A DNA stretch of 64,000 nucleotides from Octopus sinensis (lineage: Eukaryota). The notes beneath the pieces are model-generated. The model saw only the letters and a program-made list of their open reading frames with translations. It ran no database searches and was not told the DNA's origin. The position numbers and the translations under genes are program-made. Positions 38,601 through 52,624 of the stretch are shown here, piece after piece. The stretch's first letter is position 1, and every line of letters begins with the position of its first letter. The stretch covers positions 27,775,360 to 27,839,359 of the forward strand of contig NC_043019.1 in NCBI RefSeq assembly GCF_006345805.1, written 5' to 3'.

Positions 38601-39437
38601 GGTCACCCATTCAAATTTATCACATAATTTACCATGTTTAAGCAAAACTATTTATGTACTGAAAGATATCACAATAGGCCACTTGGAAGATCTCCATAGC
38701 AATAGGAAGACAATTTTGTTAAAGGATATGAGTCAAGACAATAAAGAATGGTGCAATCAAGACAAGAATGGAAGCAAATTGTGACCAGCAGGGCACAATG
38801 GCATTTGATAGTCTAGTTGATACTGTGATACTGTGATATTTACATATATTATGTAAGTATTTTTATGTTTGTAATATTTTGCTTATATTTGTAAGAAGAA
38901 ATATTTCTCCTGACTTCAGCTGTTGAAAGCAAGCTAAGCAATCTCTCATCAGTCTTAAGGAAGGCAAAAATCAGCTGGATGGCCCTCATTATTTATACAC
39001 TCAGCTTATCATTCACAGCTGGAATGTGATCCAGGAACCCTCGTGGCAGGCCACTGATGTTAAATAATGTATTAAACACTAATAACATGCAATTTAGTAG
39101 TTCCAGTTCTCGTACACAAACGGAATTGGTCAAGTAATGTAGGCACTTTTGATGAAACTTCAAAAAGTGTAAAAAAGTCAATTAAGGTTGTTCTTCATTT
39201 TATCAATTATGAGAGAAATAGGTAAATTTGATATGTTTGTATATATATTGCATGGGTTTATATAGATCATAGGAGTAAGCATGGCTATGTGGTAAGAAAC
39301 TTGCTTCCCAACCATTCTGGGTTCAGTCCCACTGCATAGCACCTTGGGCAAGTGCCTTCTACTATAGCCTTGGGCCGATCAAAGCCTTGTGAGTGAATTT
39401 GGTAGACAGAAACTGAAAGAAGCCTTGTGGGTGTGTG

Positions 39438-39485
<48 letters not shown>

Positions 39486-40189
39486 TATGTATGTATGTAT
39501 GTATGTATGCATGTGTGTGCATGTGTATACACAAATTTGTATGTGTGTATATATATATATATATATATTTCTTGCCTACAGCTGTTTCCTCACTCAATTA
39601 ATTCAAATACGGAAATATAATTCAAATTTCTATAATTGAAACCATTCAATTGGTTTCACTGAATGCTGGTAAAAACTGGAGAACTTAGATGCTTAAGGGA
39701 CTTTGGTTCCTTAACTAAATAAAATAATATATATATTCCTTTATTTGTTTCAGTCATTTTGACTGTGGCCATGCTGGAGCACCACCTTTATTCAAGCAAA
39801 TAAACCCCAGTACTTATTCTTTGTAAGCCTAAAACTTATTCTATCAGTCTCTTTTGCCGAATTCCTAAGTTATGGGGACATAAACACACCAACATTGGTT
39901 GTGAAATGATGGCAGAGGCACAAACACAGACACACAAATACACACACACACACATACACACACACACAAACACACACACACAACACACACACACACACAC
40001 ACACGCACATACATCAGACTTCTTTCAGTTTTCGTTTCCTAAATCCACTCATAAGGCTTTGGTCAACCAAGGCTATAGTAGAAGACACTTACCCATAGTG
40101 CAATGCAGTGGGACTGAACCTGGAACTATGTGGATGGTAAGCAAGCTACTTACCATGCAGCCACTCCTGCACCTATAAGCCACTCCTGC

Positions 40190-41600
40190 GCTATTGTGAT
40201 GGGAACAGAAGCAGCACCTGTCCTTGCGAACCTAATAATGGGTTTCTTTGAATCTACCCTATATGAACTTTTGCTCCAAAAATTTGGAACCCCATTCCAC
40301 CAGTATATAAGAGAAAACTGGAAAAGGCACCTAGATGATTGTTTTATCATCTGGAATGAAACCTATGATAAACTCTTGGATTTCAAATCCACACTGAACA
40401 ATATAAACCCCAACATCCAATTTACATGGAATATAGCAAGGAACAGCTCCCATTTCTGGATATTTTGATTTTAAAAAAGTCCAACAACCAAATTGCAACA
40501 AACATTTACTACAAACCAACAGACTCAAAACAGTATCTCCTTTTCAGTTCATGCCATCCTAAACACATCAAAATAAATATCCCATTCAATCTAACAAAAC
40601 AGATCTGTACAACTGTATCTGACACAACCAAGCCTACAAGAACTCAAAATAGCACTCCTTGAACGCCAATACCCACCTCCACTTATAGAACATGGAATTA
40701 AATGTACCAAGAAATTGGACACAAACACACTAAGGACAACTAAACAAAACACCACACCTCACCTTAAGTCACTCCCATACATATCAACCCACAACTCCAG
40801 AAACAATGAAGCATACAACACAGTTATACAAAATCTCCCTCTGCTCACTCAAGACCCGAAAATGAACAGCATCCTAAATACACACAAGGTACTAAAATGC
40901 AAAAGACAAGATAAATCACTCAAAAGACTCCTAACAAATGCCAAACTATACTCAATACAAATGATACCAACAGTTAATAAATGCAGACAATCTAATTGTG
41001 GTACATGCCCATACCTAACTGAAGGCTCGGAATTCATATTCCAGCAAGGACAAAAATTCTCAATTATAACCAACTTCACATGTGCTTCCCAGAACCTTAT
41101 CTATGTTCTAAACTGCTCAGGTTGTGGTCACAATTATGTGGGCCAAACGAGCCTTACTTTGAGATGCAGAGTCATGCTGCATAAAGAACAGATTCGTTTC
41201 CCTCAATACAGGCAGATAGCACTGAGCAGACATATCGACATATGCGCAAGTAATAAAATGCCGAATTTTCATATCTTCCCTTAATAACAATGTAAAGATT
41301 CAATCTCAGTACAAGAACACCTAAACAAGGAAAACCTGTTCATACAAAAGTACAGACCACACCTCAATATACAAATTTGACCATTTTAAAAATTATACTA
41401 AGGAGCCAGTTGTCCCTCTTGCCACCTGTTACTTCCTTTGGTTCACTCTCTATACTCATTCTTCTTATTCTTCAAACATCCAAAATGATGAAACCCCTGT
41501 ATCACGAGAACTGATTACTGTACAATGTCCCTTGAAAAGCTAATTTAAATAGCAAAAACCGGTTGGATTTCACGACATCCATATAATATGTATATATTTA
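40190..41600 (+). mobile_element. Penelope-like element (Neptune-like), 5'-truncated and frameshifted RT + GIY-YIG
   Basis: MGTEAAPVLANLIMG, WKRHLDDCFIIW, LPFLDILI, YYKPTDSKQYLLFSSCHP, C..C..C linker, TCASQNLIYVLNCSGCGHNYVGQT; decayed hammerhead at 41528-41567. Confidence 0.9.
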
Positions 41601-41718
41601 TAAAAAGATATTAAACTTTTTATATTTTTTTTTCACATATTTTCAACTCATAATTTTGCCATGTGGTGTATACTGAATCTTCAGTATCTTTATACCTTGT
41701 ATATTTATATATATATAT

Positions 41719-41788
<70 letters not shown>

Positions 41789-42252
41789 TAATGGCTCCAT
41801 TTTAGAACATTTAATTTATAATACAAAGATAGTGTAGAGTAGTAATAATAAATATATATAATTACTCTGCACTATGTTTACACTATAAATTAAATATTCT
41901 AGAATGATGCCAAATGTTTTGCTTGTTCATTATCTATTTTAATGTATATCTACCCTCTCAGTGATGAGCCACTTGTGGCCACCTTTTATAGGCAATTTCA
42001 GCACTACATGTCTCAATTGCAGTTCAAGCTGGAGTTTTAGTGGTAAACCAAACTGAGGACTCATAGTATTTATCTATTACCTTACATCAATTGATGGAAA
42101 CAAATTTACATATACAGGGTGGCCCAAAATTCATCAAGGGGTTTGAAATTTTAATAAATGTGTTTCAATTAAATTTTTATATTTGTATATATAGGAAATA
42201 TATATACATTAAAAAATCATATCTTGTATGTATGTATATACACCTTCACACG

Positions 42253-42309
<57 letters not shown>

Positions 42310-42856
42310 GTATGTGTGTATATATATGTGTGTGTGTGTGTATATGTATATACATATATATGGCTATGTTGTAAGTAGCTTCCTTACCAACCACATAGTT
42401 CCAGGTTCAGTCCCACTTTATGGCACCTTGAACAAGTGTTTTCTACTATAGCCTTGTGAGTGGATTTGGTAGACGGAAACTGAAAGAAGCCCATTGTATA
42501 TATATATGTGTGTGTGTTTGTAAGTCTATGTTTGTTTCTCACCATCGCTTACCAACCGATGATGGAGTGTTTACATCCCTGTAGCTTAGCAGTTTGGCAA
42601 AAAAGTTCAATAGAATAAGTACTAGGCTTACAAAGAATAAGTCTTCAGGTTGACTTATTCGATTAAAGGTGGTGTTCCAGCATGGCCATACTCAAATGAC
42701 TGAAACAAATAACAGAATAAAAGAATATATATATGTATATATGATATCTATATTATGTCTGCTTGTATGTATATATACTTATATACTGTATATAGTGCTG
42801 AGTTGCTGTAAATCTAAAACAACATAAATTAATATTAACACCTGTGTTACTTTTGC

Positions 42857-42899
<43 letters not shown>

Positions 42900-42912
42900 C
42901 ATATATATACAT

Positions 42913-42972
<60 letters not shown>

Positions 42973-43175
42973 ATATGATATATATGTATGTATATATATA
43001 TATATGTATATATATATAATATATGTATATATATATATACACACATATATATATATACATATATTTATATATATATATATACAACATATATATATATACA
43101 TATATATATATAATATATATATACATATATATATATCATATATATATATACATATATATACATATATATATATAC

Positions 43176-43231
<56 letters not shown>

Positions 43232-43258
43232 CATATATATAATACATATATATATAAT

Positions 43259-43301
<43 letters not shown>

Positions 43302-43989
43302 CCACGTGGGTAAATATAAACAAACTAACATTATCATCTTATTTGTGTGTGTATATATATACATATTCATACACATACACACATACACACTCAGACACAC
43401 ACATACATCTAAACATGTTGTGTTTCCGTCATGCAATGAATGAAGATTTTTTCTGCTCAAAAATTAACATATAAGCAGCAAAGTACTCTACACAATCAAT
43501 GTGACACAGAGTGTGACAAGGCTGTGCTTTTTATATTATGGGTACAATCTACCCATCAGGCGTCTATATTATAGTTTCCATCTACCTAATTTCACTCACA
43601 AGGTATTGTCTGACACAAATCTATAGAAAAATGGTATCAGAGAGGGGATAGAACCAGGGAGTTTGGCATTACAAAACGAACTTAATCATTCGACCATGCT
43701 GTACAAATGCACACACATACACACACAAACGTACACATATACACACACACACATATAGATACATACATGCAAAGATACTTGCATACTAACATAAATTCAC
43801 ACATGCAAATATACACAACTGTAACACAGCCATAACACATAATGAAACTACTACTACTACTACTACTATAAACTGATTGAATATGCTACAGCCACTTCTA
43901 AATGTATTAAGGTATTATTCATACCCACCCAATAATTGAACATTGTGATGAATTCACTTATTTAGAAAACAAGAAAGAAAAAATGGGAT

Positions 43990-44083
43990 TGAGTGGAAAT
44001 GCCTGATAGACAAACAGATAGATAGAGAGATAGACAGACAGGTAGATAGATAGATAGATAGACAGATAGACAGACAGGTAGAG

Positions 44084-44159
<76 letters not shown>

Positions 44160-44172
44160 GGACGGATGGATG

Positions 44173-44249
<77 letters not shown>

Positions 44250-44350
44250 ACTGACAGACATACAGACACACACACAGCTAGATAAATAGGCAGACAGACA
44301 CACACACATACAGATAAATGAATAGATAGATAAATTGACAGACAGACAGA
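43990..44350. repeat. (GATA)n/(GACA)n microsatellite
   Basis: Direct reading; similar tracts at 22940-23097 and 25660-25720. Confidence 0.95.
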
Positions 44351-44783
44351 CACACACACAACACACACACACACACACACTGATAGATGAACATTGTAGG
44401 TGTTATTGAAACGAATATAAGGTTTCCTCTATTCATTATTTTATCTAAAACTGCCATATTTGAGGCATTTAGAAGATAGGTAAAAAAAACTCTGTTATGT
44501 AACCTCTTCCTCTAGATCCTGATATCATTTTCAACCCTCCATCATTGCACCAATTCACCAATCTATAGAACCTAGTTCAACATTTTCAACTCGTCTACCA
44601 AATCCACTCACAAGGTTTTAGTCAGCATGGGGGCTATAGTAAAAGACATTTGTCCTAGATGCCACACCATGAAACTGAACCCAGAACTATGTGACTGGGA
44701 AGCAAGTTTTTTTGCCACACAGCTACACTTGTGCCTAGAAGATAAAATTAACCTTGGTGGGATTTGAACTCAAAATATAAAAT

Positions 44784-45204
44784 ATTTGTTTCTTTATTAC
44801 CCACAAGGGGCTAAACATAGAGGGGACAAACAATAACAGACAAACAGATAAAGTCGATTATATCGACCCCAGTGCGTAACTGGTACTTAATTTATCGACC
44901 CCCGAAAGGATGAAAGACAAAGTCGACCTCGGCGGAATTTGAACTCAGAACGTAATGGCTGATGAAATACGTATTTCTTTATTACCCACAAGGGGCTAAA
45001 CACAGAGGGGACAAACAAGAACAGACAAATGGATAAAGTCAATTATATCGACACCAGTACGTAACTGGTACTTAATTTATCGACCCCGAAAGGATGAAAG
45101 ACAAAGTCGACCTCGGCGGAATTTGAACTCAGAACGTAACGGCTGACGAAATACGGCTACGCATTTCACTCGGCGTGCTAACGTTTCTGCCAGCTCGCCG
45201 CCTT
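44784..45204 (-). mobile_element. SINE family II head-to-tail dimer nested in an older SINE
   Basis: Full copy 45204-44972 plus a head-truncated copy to 44784; flanks ACTCAAAAT(A/G)TAAAAT (16 bp, 1 mismatch). Confidence 0.85.
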
Positions 45205-46154
45205 ACTCAAAATGTAAAATGTCAGAAGAAATGCTGCTAGGCATTTTGCACAATGCATTAAATATACTGCCAGTTTACTACTTTCAAAAATGTGGTTCCA
45301 TTAAAAGTTATTTGGAGAATAGTTTTGGGGTGTAAGAAGGTTGTCAGTCAACAGGTCTGGTCCTAACTGAAGAATTTGGATCTTACAGCTAAGTATTGTG
45401 GGTAATGTAAGAAAATGTTGGGAATAAAGAAGAACTGGACATGGATCCTGAAGTTAGAGTGGGATGGGGTAACGGTGAGGGTGGAAGGAGGGTGGGTAGA
45501 TATTGAGATGGATATTTTAGGCATGGTTGTGCGATTAGTCGGTCTTGCATTCAGTCCCACTACATGACACCTTGGGCAAGTGTCTTCTCCTTTGGCCCTG
45601 AGCCAACTCAAAACTTTGTGGACTTGATTGATGGAAACTGAAAGAAGCCTATCATATATACGTGTGTGTGTGTGTGTGTTTGTATATATTATATGTATTA
45701 TATAATGTGTGTGTGTATGTATATTATATTTATTATATACTGTGTGCGTATGAGTGTAGCTTTGTATTTGTGTTGTATTTGTTAGCGACCACTGCTTGAC
45801 AATTGGTGTTGGTTTGTTTATATCCCTGTAACACAGTAGTTCAGCAAAACCAAGACCAATAGAATAAGTACCAAGCTTCAAAATGAAAAAAGAAAAAATT
45901 TTAATTAAAAAAATAAGTACCAGGTTGATTTATTTGACTAAACCCTTCTAGGTGACAAGTGTTGCAACATGGTCACAAGTCCAATGACTGAAGGTTTAGT
46001 GATGAACGATGATGAGGGTGGTGCAGGGTGGCTGGATAAATTAGTGGACATGGATTACAGAAGACACGAGATTGGTGTGTGTGTGTGGGGGGGGGAAGTA
46101 GTTTAGTGGAACATTGGTGAGATCAGTAGACACCAACAGGAACAGCATCATTAA

Positions 46155-46740
46155 CCCTTTAGCATTCAGATTACTCAGTAATCTGAATGTAATGGTTATT
46201 CGTTCACATTGGTTTCAAGTAATCATGTATTATCTCATAGCTTTGGGGTTTCAATGATATTCTTTTATTCTTTTACTTGTTTCAGTCATTTGACTGCGGC
46301 CATGCTGGAGCACCGCCTTTAATCGAGCAACTCGACCCCGGGACTTATTCTTTGTAAGCCCAGTACTTATTCTATCGGTCTCTTTTGCCAAACCGCTAAG
46401 TAACGGGGACGTAAACACACCAGCATCGGTAGTTAAGCAATGCTAGGGGGACAAGCACAGACACACAAACACACACATATATACGACGAGCTTCTTTCAG
46501 TTTCCGTCTACCAAATCCACTCACAAGGCTTTGGTCGGCCCGAGGCTATAGTAGAAGACACTTGCCCAGGGTGCCATGCAGTGGGACTGAACCCGGAACC
46601 ATGTGGCTGGTAAACAAGCTACTTACCACACAGCCACTAGAACAACACTAGGGTAAGTGTTAGAGGCTTGATCTGGCTGGTTACAACATAAAACAAATAG
46701 AATATTTGAGCCAGATATGGCCAGTTTCAATGTAAAAGAG
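46155..46740. mobile_element. piggyBac-type MITE with nested SINE
   Basis: TTAA|CCCTTTAGCATT ... AATGTAAAAGAG|TTAA; SINE at 46261-46638 inside. Confidence 0.6.
46261..46638 (-). mobile_element. SINE family I, young full-length copy
   Basis: High similarity to 28548-28946 and 57138-57536. Confidence 0.9.
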
Positions 46741-46768
46741 TTAAGTATAATATCACAGCATAACTTAC

Positions 46769-46777
46769 CTCAGCCAT
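46769..46777 (-). CDS. Candidate first coding exon end (ATG GCT GAG = M-A-E) of the minus-strand membrane protein gene
   Basis: Minus strand ggtATGGCTGAG|GTAAGT: good Kozak context, in-frame TAA 12 nt upstream, consensus donor. Phase 0 matches the acceptor at 30827. A-rich 5'UTR-like sequence extends to about 47200. The linkage to the next exon is inferred. Confidence 0.5.
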
Positions 46778-47606
46778 ACCAATAAGTTACCCGTTTAACA
46801 CTCCACCTCCCTTACTGGCTTGTTTTCCTTAGCTTTAGTTTCTACTTAATGTAGTACTGTAGTTGTTGTTTTTGTTGTTGTCGTAGGTAGTAGTAGAGAC
46901 AGGTACGGTTGTAGTGGTAGTTATAGTTATTGGATCGACAGATCCTGATCCTTAATTTTTGTTTCTTTTTTTTCCTCCTTTATAATGTAATTTTAGTATC
47001 CAGCAGATATTTTATAAATCAAGTCATCTTTCTAGTTTGTATTAAACGTGTGAAATGGTATGAAATTAAATTAAATGATATCGTGTAAAATTACTTAAAC
47101 AGTTGTGCCTTCTTTACTGGCTGGTTTTATGTTCTTTCCCCAGCTTGTGGATTATATTATTGACTCAAACTAGCTCTTCTCCACAATGACAGAGTGAGTG
47201 GGAGAGAGGGAGAGAGGGAGAGAGAGAATGAGAGGGAGAGTCAGAGGCGTTTGTTATGTGTAAATCCTTTGACTGTGACAGATCTAGTTCCTACTGGGTC
47301 GGTTGGTTTACCTGAGATTTTGCTCAGGTAAGCTGACATACAGAGAACAATTAATGAACATGCCAGTGTTCTATACACACAAATATATCAGCATATACTC
47401 TTCTATACACACGAATATATCAGCATACATATACAGACAATAATATATATAAACATATATAGTATACAGAACAATACACATATACACAGTATACAGAACA
47501 ATACACCCATATACATAGAATGATATAAACAGCAATAGACACGCATACAAGCAAACACAAATACATACATACCAACACACACTCACACACAAACACATAC
47601 ATACCA

Positions 47607-47643
<37 letters not shown>

Positions 47644-47927
47644 TTTACCAGCACACAGCTACGAACACATACGTACCAGCACACACATACATGCCAGCAC
47701 ACACACACACACAAACATCGAACTACCAATGAATTGTTGGACAACAACAATAACAACAATGATAGTTACTCAGGAATGTATGTATGTCATTTTAGGTGTG
47801 TAATGAAATATACAGGTTTTGAGGAGTGTATATGAATATGTTTATATGCGTACAGGTGTGTCCAGTTATATTCACATTCACATTTAGGCTTGTATGTATG
47901 TATATGTGTATGTATGTATATATATTG

Positions 47928-48021
<94 letters not shown>

Positions 48022-48954
48022 CACATAACACACATACACACACTGAGAAAGAGAGAGTGATAGGTTTTAAACTGCTACTAGCTACTGTATTAATCATATA
48101 CATGCACACACACATATTTATATACGTGTGTATGAGTGTGCATGTGTGCATAGGACATATGACTTATACACACATATGTACACAGATACACATACATACA
48201 TACATACATACATGCATACCTATATGCATACATCTGTATAAACATGCATCATACATACATACATACATACATGCATACATATGTATATACATGCATCATA
48301 CATACATACATACATACATACATACATACATGCATACATCTGTATATACATGCATCATACATACATACATACATGCATATGTATATACATGCATCATACA
48401 TACATACATACATACATACATACATACATACATGCATACCTACATGCATACATCTGTATATACATGCATCATACATACATACATGCATACATATGTATAT
48501 ACATGCATCATACATACATACATACATACAGTGACACACACACACGTACACCCACATACTACGGACTTCTATGTAATAGGAATAACAGCTAAATTGCACT
48601 CCCGTCTTTAGAAAAATGAAGGATGTATTAGATAATGTAGTTCTACATAGCTCTGAATTGATAGGATGGTCAAATTTGGAATGTCTTTCAGTCATAGGAC
48701 TGCTGTATCATGGTTGACTTGAGGATGATCAACAGCAAGCTAACCCCCCACCCACACACACACATACATTTACACATACATTTAGGGCATGTATGAGTAA
48801 ACACCGATCGCGTCTAATGATACACAGGTGTGGTGGTATTCATGCCCTTCCCTACATGTAAATCGAAAGTCGATCAATAGACTCACTTGAAGAGGAAATT
48901 TAAGGAAATTCCATGTGGTCACTTGATATGCTAGAAATAAGGGTAAACCGAAGG

Positions 48955-49275
48955 TGGTGGTGGTTGTGATGGTAATGATGTCACAGTATTGGTGATGATG
49001 GTTATAGCGGTGGTGATAGTGATGTTGAAGGCGGTGGCGGTGGTGATGGTGGTGGTGGTGATGGTGGTGGTGGTGATGGTGGTGGTGATGGTGATGGTGG
49101 TGGTGGTGGCTGGGGCGTTGGATGGTGGTGGTGGTGGCTGGGGCGTTGGATGGTGGTGGTGGTGGTGGCTGGGGCGTTGGATGGTGGTCAAAATGATGTT
49201 GATGATGATCAGTGGTGGTAGTAATGATTGTGACGGTGGTGGTAGTGATTGTGATAATGAAGGTGCCGGCGGTGG
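48955..49275. repeat. (GGT/GAT)n G-rich trinucleotide tract
   Basis: Direct reading; includes repeated ggtggtggctggggcgttggat units. Confidence 0.9.
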
Positions 49276-49959
49276 TTACTCGGGTGCAAAACCCATAAGC
49301 ATTTATGTTGAAAAGGTGTAGGATAACGTGACGTCCATAGCTTGGCTATATAGTAAAGAAACTCGAGAACAACAGTAAGCAACAATAGCAAAACAATTCA
49401 CTAAAGAGGTATTTCCAAGTCAGTACAGGACCTACGTCACGCATCACTGAACACAATTTGACGACTATAAATATGTCAATTGGTGGTTTTAATAACATTT
49501 TTTCTCACGTGCGCCCCCTATGAGAAACGTAAATCTGTTGGTTGTATGAAACACGGAAATATTTTAAAATTAAGAAAGGGGGAAAATGACCCTTTCTTTT
49601 TCTTCCTGTGAGGTACGAGACTTCGAGGGATAAATATTTCAAATTTTCAACTACTATTATATAAAAAATAAAATATGTACAACGTGATCGTATAGTTTGA
49701 GCGACAAACTCAGACAAAAAAATTTTAAAAAATGTGTGCCGTCGCCGCCACCGTCGCCGCCACCGTCACCACCACTGCCACCAGACTACACAACGAGACA
49801 TTTTTATTTATTTGTTTAACCAACCGACAACCGATTGAGATATGCAAAAAAAATTACATTTACACAAGAGTAGACTCTTTCATTTCAGAAATAAATCCGT
49901 AAAACATGGCTATTTCGACTTAAATATTTCATGAAGGGCTCACAGTACCTTCGTCTCTC

Positions 49960-51205
49960 TCAGAGGTGTTTATCGCCTCTGTAATCACTTACCGCCTGAC
50001 AGTCGTGCTTTGCCTCGATTCGTGGATGAACAAGCTGGAACACATGCTCTTTCGCTTTTTCTGGAAGAGCAGCAGACCTCTTGTAAGGCGCTCTATCTGT
50101 TGCCAAAAGCCCCTGAAGGGTGGGTTAGGGATGCCGTGGCTAAAAATGCGCAGACATGCGCTCAGGCTTAGGCACCTCTGGCTTTACCTGGACGGTGAGC
50201 AGGTGTGGACTCCGTTCGTCAAGCTGTTATTTCCACAGTTCACATCGTTTAACGAACTGAACCCATGGATCAAGTGTAGACAGAGGTTGGGCGTGTGGCA
50301 TATAGAGTGCCATCAGGCACTCGTGCTTCTCTCCCAGTCGGGCAACGCCGGTGGCGGGAGTACTACCTCGTTCTTCTATAGAGGGTTAGTAGAGTTTAAG
50401 TGTGACGACGTCCTGGGAGAAACTCTAGGCTTCAACGAAGATCAACTGGCCAGCCTGTTCCAAAGAACAGTCGAGCCGGGGCCTATGGATAATTACCAAA
50501 AGTCCCTGGCCTGGCAATGTTACAGAGGAGCTTTACCGGTTCGAGATAAGCTCTTTAGACATGGGTGTGCACCTTCGCCGGTTTGTGCAAGATGCGAGCG
50601 GGACAGTGAAACTGTCCTGCATGCGATTGTGCAATGCCCCAAGGTGACTGAGCTCTGGGCTTATGTCGAACACATGCTGTCGCATTCGAGAAGAGTACAA
50701 CTATCGAGCGAATCTGTAATTAAGATCGTTCCACCGACCTCCTTGAATAGGGAGGAGCGAGCCTGTTTTCTCTCGGTAGTTGCTGTGGCGAAAGAAGTAG
50801 TATGGAAGACGAGAGTAAAAGGAATTGCAACAGGCATGTTTATCTCCAGTCTCGAGCTAATCGACTTTTTCGTTTTCCACATGAAACGGAAAATAAGGCT
50901 GGAGAAGAAATGCTTGTCGCAAAATGTGTTTCGTAAAAGATGGAAGTCTATAGCAAGTATGTTGCGAGTGAAAGAACCTGTTTAATCGAGAATGTGAAAA
51001 AGGAGAAAGCAAAGTCTTCAGTGTGAGTATGTGGTTTGTGGGGTCGACCGCGTCCTCCCCTTCATTTTTTGTTATTCACTCATTCTCATTTAATTGTTTA
51101 TTTATTCATACGTTTCATTTCATTCGGTACCCTGATCCCAATGTTTGTTTTGACTGTCCTCGTATCGTTCCCTCTTTTTCTCAACTTTATGGTGAATAAA
51201 AAAAT
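49960..51205 (+). mobile_element. L1/Tx1-clade LINE, 5'-truncated ORF2 C-terminus (zf-RVT) + 3'UTR
   Basis: 339-aa open frame: FFWKSSRPLVRRSICCQKPLKGGLGMP..W..YRGALPVRDKL..C..C...ETVLHAIVQC..V..LW; AATAAA/A-rich end followed by (TC)n. Confidence 0.9.
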
Positions 51206-51223
51206 TCTCTCTCTCTCTCTGTC

Positions 51224-51279
<56 letters not shown>

Positions 51280-51317
51280 GCATACACACATACGAACGCG
51301 CACATACACATTCGTAA

Positions 51318-51393
<76 letters not shown>

Positions 51394-51460
51394 ACGGTAC
51401 GCATGTGTGTGTGTATTCCACAAGGTGGAAAAACAGTACTCGAATACCCGAAGTAGAGTA

Positions 51461-51673
51461 ATATGCTTTATTAATAAAGCTGCAAAGAGATCACAAGAAC
51501 TGTTGCTCGGAGCTTCACGTTCCCGTTCGTTGTGCAGTTTCGGTCGAGAATGGAACGAAATATGGTTAACCATACTTCGTTCCATTCTCAACCAAAACTG
51601 TCTGATGAACGGAAACGTGAAGCTCCTAGCAACAGTTTATGTGATCTCTTTGCAGCTTTATTAAGAAAGCATA
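51461..51673. repeat. ~212-bp spacerless imperfect palindrome centred on GGTTAACC
   Basis: atatgctttattaataaagctgcaaagagatcac... mirrored; the right arm carries the variant hammerhead. Confidence 0.85.
51595..51638 (+). ncRNA. Hammerhead-like fold with G15.1-C16.1 in place of A15.1-U16.1
   Basis: AAACUGU CUGAUGA ACG gaaa CGU GAA G CU ccu AG C A / ACAGUUU: 7-bp stem I, GAAA-capped stem II, 3-bp stem III. Confidence 0.6.
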
Positions 51674-51920
51674 TATGCCCGTACATGTATACATACATAT
51701 AGGTGTGTGTGTGTGTGTGTGTATATATGTGTGCGTGTATGTGTGAGTGTGTGTATGAGTCGACAAGCAAAAGAAAGGGCGCCCAACAAAATTATTGGGA
51801 GTTACAGGTATATTCCAAACAGTATATATTATATTATATTATAATACATACATACATCATACATACATACATACATACATACATACATACATACATACAT
51901 ACATACATACATACATACAT

Positions 51921-52365
51921 TGAAACTCCGACGTCTGGCAGCTGACTTGGCAGACACCCATAAAATTATTAACCATCTTACAAGCAATAACTCTGAGCAT
52001 CTTTTCAAACTCCACCCGTCTAACACCCATGGACATGTTTACAAAGTCAGAAAACAGCACAGCTCCCATGACTTTAGGAAACATTTTTTCACATGAGAGT
52101 TGCTGAAGCATGGAACAAACTGCCGGCATCAGTTGTTAGTTGTCGGAGCACTGCATCCTTCAAAACTTCCATGCTTTCTGAGATTCGCCAACGCTACACC
52201 TGATTTTCTCCACTCCATGTATCTGACTCATACATTTCTCCCCAGCATGTATCTGACTCATACATTGTTCACTTTCCAGACATTTGTACATTACTGCATA
52301 CACTTTATACGTACTTTCTGACAAGTTGTGGTGCACCTGAGCACTGTATACAATAATTTCATTGT
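51921..52365 (+). mobile_element. CR1-type LINE 3' end, same family as 1822-2207
   Basis: Homologous coding tail (cagcacagctcccatgacttt..gaagcatggaacaaactgccggcatcagttg) and terminal gtgcacctgagcactgta. Confidence 0.8.
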
Positions 52366-52368
52366 TAT

Positions 52369-52425
<57 letters not shown>

Positions 52426-52624
52426 CAGCAATAAGAAAATAGAGGGGATCATGAAGTGGTATTCATCAACTTTTAGACATTATATTATGCTTATTTATTT
52501 ATTTTTCTAAAAACCATTGTAACAATATACATACATGTAGAACATATTATGCTTTACATATATAATATATAAAAATATAAATATACCAGTAATTATTCAA
52601 ATATAAAACGTAGAGCATAATGGA

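Noticed and set aside
47826-48695. 261-aa and other long ORFs rich in Y/I/H/T/C/V/M (also 42779-43460, 43954-44380, 16958-17393, 54869-55315)
   Set aside because: Microsatellite translations lacking stops by composition
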